Origin: Candidatus Colwellbacteria bacterium
GTDB lineage: Bacteria; Patescibacteriota; Minisyncoccia; UBA6257; Colwellbacteraceae
Assembly (NCBI GenBank): GCA_028710275.1
Contig: JAQTUL010000001.1
Span: 73,031 to 137,030 of the forward strand
Reading direction: 5' to 3'
Length of the DNA: 64,000 nucleotides
The position numbers and the translations under genes were made by a program. Numbering within the stretch: the stretch's first letter is position 1; the number at the start of each line of letters is the position of its first letter. Positions 58,660 to 64,000 of the stretch are shown here, in pieces. The notes below the pieces were generated by a model. The model was not told the origin of the DNA, did not search any database, and was given only the letters and a program-made list of their open reading frames with translations.

Positions 58660-59743
58660 AATCCATCACGAAAATTCTTCTAGTTAACACCCTACCAAAC
58701 TGAAGAATTGTGGTTGTTTTTGAAATTCCGTTCTCGGTGTAGGTTCTATTTAATTTAAAATTCTTAACACTCGTCTCTTTAACTCTAAGATTGTCAAAGT
58801 GCATAACGTACCCACCCATTGCGTTATTCCATACAGGAACTTGATTATCAAATATAGAAATCGCTCCTGCCGTTCGAGGTTGGAAATCGTGCAACGATTT
58901 CGAGTAGATAGGTGCTGCTTTATGGAGAGATGAGAGATCTCCACGTACTTCTATCTCTTTCTCCGGTGTGAATTCGGAGTTTGGAACAGCAACCTCAATT
59001 CTAATAGGAGATCCCGCATGATGTTTGTAGAAATAGCTGTATGAAACGTTTAATAGGTTTTGTTTAAAGTTGTTGTACAGAGAAAATTTATTACAATAGA
59101 AATTGGCATGGAGATCTGCTACATAATTATCATCATCGTAGTTTTTATCTGAATATATATAGTGATGTATTCCATTCATTCTCGTCTTCTTTCGCGAACA
59201 GAGAAGAAAAATATCGTCACCCTTTTTGATAACATCTTCACCGTATTCACGCGCTCTTTTTTCAAGAGTTTTAATAACTTTCTTTTTCTCATCAACCAAA
59301 GGAAAGTTCTTTTCGAAATCTCTATCGGTGTAAATTGATTCCTCTTCACTCTTGGAAATCTCTTCTCTGATCTTACGGAAGTTTTTAGAGTTTTTAACAT
59401 TCAAATAGAGTTCATATCTGATATCTGTTTTTAGGATATAACACTCAATCAATCCCTGTGACGGAAGTGCGGGAGTTGTGAAAAAAGAGTCCATTGGTTT
59501 TTCCGTTGTGTATGATTGTATCAATTCGTTTATGTCTACAGGATAGACCGATGATAAAATAGTTTTCTCTAAATATTGTCTACAGAATGTATGATCAAAT
59601 TTTCTTGGTGGAAAATCATCCAATCCCTCACCATTGTTTTTCAATGGAAAACAGACTCTACACACATAAAGTGAATTGATGAGGAATCTCGCTTGCGCGA
59701 TTTCATGTATAGAGAGTTCGGACATCTGGACGTAAAGGTACAT
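58580..59743 (-). CDS. Tubby-like protein (Tubby C-terminal domain)
   Basis: 'SVKNFKL...ILQFGRV...FVMDYGYPMSPLMAFGICLSAI' matches the tubby signature 'ASVKNFQ..LQFGR..F.MDY.YPLS.LQAFAI.LSS'. Confidence 0.65.
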   Translation of the reverse strand: MYLYVQMSELSIHEIAQARFLINSLYVCRVCFPLKNNGEGLDDFPPRKFDHTFCRQYLEKTILSSVYPVDINELIQSYTTEKPMDSFFTTPALPSQGLIECYILKTDIRYELYLNVKNSKNFRKIREEISKSEEESIYTDRDFEKNFPLVDEKKKVIKTLEKRAREYGEDVIKKGDDIFLLCSRKKTRMNGIHHYIYSDKNYDDDNYVADLHANFYCNKFSLYNNFKQNLLNVSYSYFYKHHAGSPIRIEVAVPNSEFTPEKEIEVRGDLSSLHKAAPIYSKSLHDFQPRTAGAISIFDNQVPVWNNAMGGYVMHFDNLRVKETSVKNFKLNRTYTENGISKTTTILQFGRVLTRRIFVMDYGYPMSPLMAFGICLSAIQKHYLGSD

Positions 59744-59807
59744 TAATAGTATCGAAGACCTAAAAATTCATTTGTTCATTTTATAACTGAAAACAGTTAT
59801 AAATTTG

Positions 59808-60698
59808 CTAATACGTAAATCGTCGTTGTGGTGGTTTTCTTCTTCTTGTGAAGAGAAGCTTACGATTGAGATTTTTCAGGATCTCTCTCTTATGTGAATC
59901 AAGCTTTTGAAGGCATTCACTATAAGTACACCACAAAATCTCAGAGACCTCTTCTGATACATAGGTCGTCCTGATATTATCAGGTGTCTTCTTTACATGG
60001 ATCTCTGGAATATAAGGTATATATGCAATGTAAAGAACCGTGCGATATGTTTTACCATCTGATCCAGTATAGAGTTCTTCGTAAGGAGAAATCTTTAACG
60101 CTTGAACTATATCCCTAGATATAGTCGTCTCCTCTTCGAATTCGCGAAACGCACACTCATCCTCGGTTTCATTTGCTTGTTTTCGTCCTTTCGCGAAACC
60201 CCATGAATTTTCTAATGATCCTTTAGTATCGTCCAGAAACAGATCTATATACTTTTCCATATTCTTTCTAAACGCTTTGCAACATCTCTCCATATCATTC
60301 TTGTAGATCCTACTCTTATGATTGATCCACAAATCATCCCATAAACTTCTAGGATCATCCTTGAGATAATAATCGATACATCTTTTTCTCTCCTCTTTCG
60401 ACATCATTCCGATGTGCATCTCAATCTCATTCAATGGTAGAGCATCTTTAATAAACTCTTGAAAAGAGATACTATCTCTTCGTTGTTGGATCTGATATCT
60501 AATCTCATTCTTACCATTGGAAGTAACCACTGTAAACAGTATTACACCATAACTTGTAATTGCTCGACGCTTCATCGATCGAAGCTCAAAGTTTCTTCCG
60601 GCCATATTTACCTTGATGTGTATACACGTACTCGTTATTTTAAATATCAAACAGTAATCATTTTTAATGAACTTTCCTTTTCTGATTAGTATATCCAA
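59808..60698 (-). CDS. Nudix hydrolase (putative mRNA-decapping enzyme, poxvirus D9/D10-like)
   Basis: Nudix box 'GRKQANETEDECAFREFEEET' (G x5 E x7 REUxEE). Confidence 0.6.
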   Translation of the reverse strand: MDILIRKGKFIKNDYCLIFKITSTCIHIKVNMAGRNFELRSMKRRAITSYGVILFTVVTSNGKNEIRYQIQQRRDSISFQEFIKDALPLNEIEMHIGMMSKEERKRCIDYYLKDDPRSLWDDLWINHKSRIYKNDMERCCKAFRKNMEKYIDLFLDDTKGSLENSWGFAKGRKQANETEDECAFREFEEETTISRDIVQALKISPYEELYTGSDGKTYRTVLYIAYIPYIPEIHVKKTPDNIRTTYVSEEVSEILWCTYSECLQKLDSHKREILKNLNRKLLFTRRRKPPQRRFTY

Positions 60699-60734
60699 AA
60701 TGGATATAGTATTCTATGGGTCGTCTCGATTAGT

Positions 60735-61271
60735 TTACTCCTTTGCCTTCTTGACGACCTTCTTGACAACCTTCTTCTTTCGCAAGAGACCGGTCACCGC
60801 CTTGTCATTCTCCTCCTCCGCTACATCAGCATCCTCTGCGTCGTCCTCAAACTCGATCTCTTTAGGACCAGACTTCACCGCTTTCTTCGACGAACTGTCA
60901 ACAAAGGGAGAATGAGAACAGATCGATTCAAGTCTCTCCACTCGAGCAAGAAGAGCCAGATACGTCTTCATCGGAACCCAATCTCCACTCGATGATGAGC
61001 TCGATGAAGCGGCAGCCGGACGAGATGACGAACGATCGCTGATCTCCGATTCCTCATTATCATCACTGGGAGAGATCTTTCCAGAATCGATATCCGATCG
61101 AAGCTTCTCAACACCCTCCTTATCCTTCTTCTTGAAGATCCAACCAGGTCCTCCCTTTGTCAACTTAGTGTTCCAAGTTCCACCAAGATCTGCGAGATGC
61201 TTCTTGAAAGACTTTGTGTCCCCGCGGACAACAATAGACCACTCGGAATAGGGTTCGATAGTAATGCTCAT
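60735..61271 (-). CDS. Hypothetical protein with a small N-terminal domain, a Ser-rich linker and a Lys-rich tail
   Basis: 'EWSIVVRGDTKSFKKHLADLGGTWN...GGPGWIF', poly-S, and a C-terminal 'KKKVVKKVVKKAKE'. Confidence 0.45.
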   Translation of the reverse strand: MSITIEPYSEWSIVVRGDTKSFKKHLADLGGTWNTKLTKGGPGWIFKKKDKEGVEKLRSDIDSGKISPSDDNEESEISDRSSSRPAAASSSSSSSGDWVPMKTYLALLARVERLESICSHSPFVDSSSKKAVKSGPKEIEFEDDAEDADVAEEENDKAVTGLLRKKKVVKKVVKKAKE

Positions 61272-61355
61272 AGTGAATGAGACGGTGGAAACTGGTGGTA
61301 TTCTCTATTCGATTCTCTTAAAATTCACTTTTCATTTTCAACTTTGAACGATTAT

Positions 61356-61823
61356 CTATTCCTCCATCGCGAATTTTGTCCCGACATCCATCTCCTCCAT
61401 AAGACTCTCCAGAGTCTTATTTGATGATAATCTCGGAAGTTCAATCTTTTTGGGGATAAATTTCTGGATAAGAGCCCAAGAGAGTTTAGATGTAAATAAC
61501 TGATAATTACGTTGTTCACATCTATAGTAGAATTGAGTCAATGGGTATTCTTTCTCCATAAGATCGACAATTGGAGAAAAACAATGATGAATTGATGTCG
61601 GGTGTATTTCAATCCATTCATCGTCCACCAACACACTAAATATTCTTTCATAATAGTTTACTGTTTTTATCTGGAATCTAGAAAGAAGAAAATCGACAAG
61701 ACCATCCTCCTCCTTGTTGTAGAGATCTTCAGAATATTCATCAAGATATTCCTCAAGAAGGGATGTAATTTTCTTCAGGCTCTCCTGTATATCCTCTGAA
61801 CGTTTTCTCTGAGAAGTTTCCAT
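61356..61823 (-). CDS. Hypothetical protein
   Basis: 155-aa ORF. Confidence 0.45.
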   Translation of the reverse strand: METSQRKRSEDIQESLKKITSLLEEYLDEYSEDLYNKEEDGLVDFLLSRFQIKTVNYYERIFSVLVDDEWIEIHPTSIHHCFSPIVDLMEKEYPLTQFYYRCEQRNYQLFTSKLSWALIQKFIPKKIELPRLSSNKTLESLMEEMDVGTKFAMEE

Positions 61824-61876
61824 AATGGTAGTAATAACAGGTGTAACAAATCTACCTACACATCGATAAAATTCAC

Positions 61877-62728
61877 TTGTTCTACTTTATCAAAATTCTT
61901 ATTTTCTTTTCAATAAGAAAGATGTATTACTCTTCGAGCCAAAAAGAGATAGTCGCAAAGGATCCGGATAGCTATTCCGATTTCGGGGCCCCTTATAAAT
62001 CGTTTCCTCTTATTTCTGACCCTGTTGATGTGTGTCTACCTGGAAGTTTTCTGAGTCCTGAAAAATCTTCAGATTTGGACTTGAACAACTGCCCTGTTTA
62101 TATGAGTCAGAGATGTGCTTTGTCGTGGGATGATAAATGTGAACTCTATGTGAATTCTCTTGACGATCCTGTATTACTTAAAAATTTTATCCGTTCTACT
62201 GCAAGCAAGAAGTTCTGTCATCTGACTTCAGATTCTACGTGTAAAGTACTCTGTCAACCGTTCAATCCTATCGCACAGGAATCCCCACAGGTTTGTTCAA
62301 ATGTCGGAAAGGATGTCCTGAAGAACGCTGCTGATAATATCGATATCGGATGGTATCTTCCCGTAAATATGAGTCCAGATTATATGAGTGCTACTTGTAA
62401 CCAAACTTGTGATAACGTGGCGGGAACAGCAATTGATCCGTCTGATATAGTTATCGATGCATGTCTTAAGTATGGATTCTGTAATGATATTCTCACCAAT
62501 GTATGCCAACTCTCAGGAGGAAAATCTTCTCATCCCGGGCTTCAACAGTTCTGTTCTAACTTAACGGTGAAAGAGGGACTCGTGAATCGAGCAAAAAGAG
62601 GTCCTGTTGCACCGTTTAAAGTTTCTCAACAGAGGAAAGACGGTAATTCGATTCTATATTTCCTTTTCTTTGTTTTCTTGTGTATTGTGGGGTGGATGAT
62701 TTACAAACGCTACAAAAAGACACATTAA
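61877..62728 (+). CDS. Cys-rich tail-anchored membrane protein
   Basis: Many paired Cys and a C-terminal 'ILYFLFFVFLCIVGWMIY' helix. Possible alternative start at 61922. Confidence 0.5.
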   Translation: MFYFIKILIFFSIRKMYYSSSQKEIVAKDPDSYSDFGAPYKSFPLISDPVDVCLPGSFLSPEKSSDLDLNNCPVYMSQRCALSWDDKCELYVNSLDDPVLLKNFIRSTASKKFCHLTSDSTCKVLCQPFNPIAQESPQVCSNVGKDVLKNAADNIDIGWYLPVNMSPDYMSATCNQTCDNVAGTAIDPSDIVIDACLKYGFCNDILTNVCQLSGGKSSHPGLQQFCSNLTVKEGLVNRAKRGPVAPFKVSQQRKDGNSILYFLFFVFLCIVGWMIYKRYKKTH

Positions 62729-62735
62729 ATAGTTT

Positions 62736-62812
62736 GGTATTAATACTATTGTCAGTATTAATACTCTGAGTTCAATATGTTTCATAGAGAATGATGGACT
62801 CGAGCGAGTCCA
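62736..62812. repeat. Two tandem 'gtattaatac' palindromes and a GC-rich hairpin 'ggactcgagcgagtcc', downstream of the TnpB-like ORF
   Basis: Read directly from the sequence. Positioned where an IS605 right-end / omega-RNA scaffold would be expected. Confidence 0.4.
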
Positions 62813-63061
62813 GAGAAACAACTGCGGTGATGCTATTACAACTTACAGTAATATTTACTCCCTCATTTTCAGATTTAATAATATTCTGTGCGACGTCAAT
62901 AAAAGGTTCTTCATCAAAAATGTGTGGACCAGTGATCGAGTTTAATAGATTTTTCCCGTTTACGTCGTTCCATCTGGGCCATCCCGATGTGAATAAGGAA
63001 GTTATTTCCTTATGTCCAATACCAAATGTCCAGATACCAGGATCCCCAAATATACAAAAAT

Positions 63062-64000
63062 CTAATTTGTAATTGGAATCCCGGACATCGAACTAGTCGA
63101 TGGATCGACACTCGTATCCTCCTCTACGAAAATGAATTCGGGTGGAGTAGTGTCATGAGTAACTTTCTTTCCTCTCTGGAGACCTGGAGGTCTTTCAGGT
63201 GAGGACTTTGCTAAGGAGCAGATGTTAAGGGACGCATTAGTATCTCTATTCCAGTACTGGTTACAGGTTGTGCACCTTAACAAGCCATGGACTAGTGATT
63301 GATTCCCTCTTCTCCACGGACGAGGACATTCTCGCCACATAAACTTCTTATTCACTCCTTCACACTGATAACAGGTACAAGAGGTTTTGTGTTCGTCCAC
63401 TAGATAAACCTTGTAACCATTCTTTCTAAAAATGTCTCTTACCCCCTTTCCGAGAGTTGGCTCTTTCCACTTCATCTGTCGTTTCTGTTCCCAATCACCT
63501 ATCGCTATCACCGCTTCAGTTGGACCTCCAAACACGTTCTTAAAGTTACGAATCATCTTACTCTCTGATTTCTGTCGTAGAATATGTCCTCTCCACCTTA
63601 TGGATCTGAATACCTCTTTCTGGTACACAGATCTACATTCCTCTTCAACTTCTCTCTTCTTAGAGACGTAGTACATGAACTCGGTGTAATCAGATGAAGT
63701 TGAACGATAGTGAGAGAGTTCCTCCTCTATACTCTTTACTGGTTCTCTTTGTTTATCTAATTTGTGTCTGTGGAATCTCTTACAGCACTCCCTCTTTCTC
63801 TGAACAGCCGAGTATCGAAATCTCTTCTCTCCATCAGTACAGTGAATAAGATCCTCCTTCCCGGGATCGATACCAACTACAGAGGTGTAGAGATCTCTTG
63901 TAGAGAGAAATTCGGGTCCAGTAATATAAGGTTCAGTGAACTCAGGAGTTTTTTCTTTATCTAAACTCTCCTTGTGAAGAAGAATCGAGACTCCCTTACC
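63062..64000 (-). mobile_element. TnpB/Fanzor-like RuvC nuclease gene (IS200/IS605 OrfB family), 5'-truncated by the window edge
   Basis: The frame is open to the window edge. RuvC-I 'VVGIDPGKEDLIHCTDGE'. RuvC-II 'LVDEHKTSCTC'. Zn finger 'CYQCEG...CTTCNQYW'. RuvC-III 'NRDTNASLNICS'. Confidence 0.7.

Noticed and set aside
62791-63072. Plus-strand ORF 62791..63072 (93 aa)
   Set aside because: It has no motifs and lies in the region expected to hold the TnpB right-end/omega-RNA. It is likely non-coding.
1-64000. tRNA or rRNA genes
   Set aside because: I could not find cloverleaf-consistent segments (T-loop GTTCRANYC with matching acceptor stems) or rRNA-like GC-rich blocks by eye. A tRNAscan run would be needed to be sure.

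Overview
The window is AT-rich and gene-dense on both strands, and reads as genome from a giant virus (Nucleocytoviricota, mimivirus-like).

Likely functions that can be read off include: TFIIS, RNase III, RNase H, an HD hydrolase, a fused Tgs-like cap N2-MTase + VP39-like 2'-O-MTase, a Nudix decapping-like enzyme, Nfo AP endonuclease, an AAA ATPase, a RING protein, ankyrin and MORN-like repeat proteins, fibre-like beta-helix repeat proteins, a D5-type primase-helicase and the RNA polymerase largest subunit (RPB1).

The region is packed with selfish genetic elements:
- RPB1 is split by two homologous Tetrahymena-type group I introns.
- The second intron carries a GIY-YIG homing-endonuclease ORF in its P1 loop.
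- The downstream RPB1 exon also carries a LAGLIDADG intein with atypical ...AD C-terminus.
- The D5 primase-helicase carries a second, canonical LAGLIDADG intein.
- There is a free-standing tandem HNH endonuclease.
- A TnpB/Fanzor-like RuvC nuclease gene runs off the right edge of the window.

Other notable items:
- A 1451-aa NADAR + macro + SAP protein, which looks like an ADP-ribosylation-reversal enzyme.
- Two paralogous '2-cysteine adaptor' Zn-ribbon-repeat proteins with C-terminal PD-(D/E)xK nuclease domains.
- Two paralogous C2H2 zinc-finger genes flanked by GC-containing palindromic or tandem repeat arrays.
- An AP endonuclease with a putative extra N-terminal nuclease domain.
- A Tubby-like protein.
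- Perfect hairpins placed just 3' of many genes, consistent with the mimivirus 'hairpin rule'.

The RPB1 reading frame ends about 90 aa after the intein host site, so the trigger-loop and C-terminal domains are not encoded here. No rRNA, tRNA or CRISPR array could be supported by eye.
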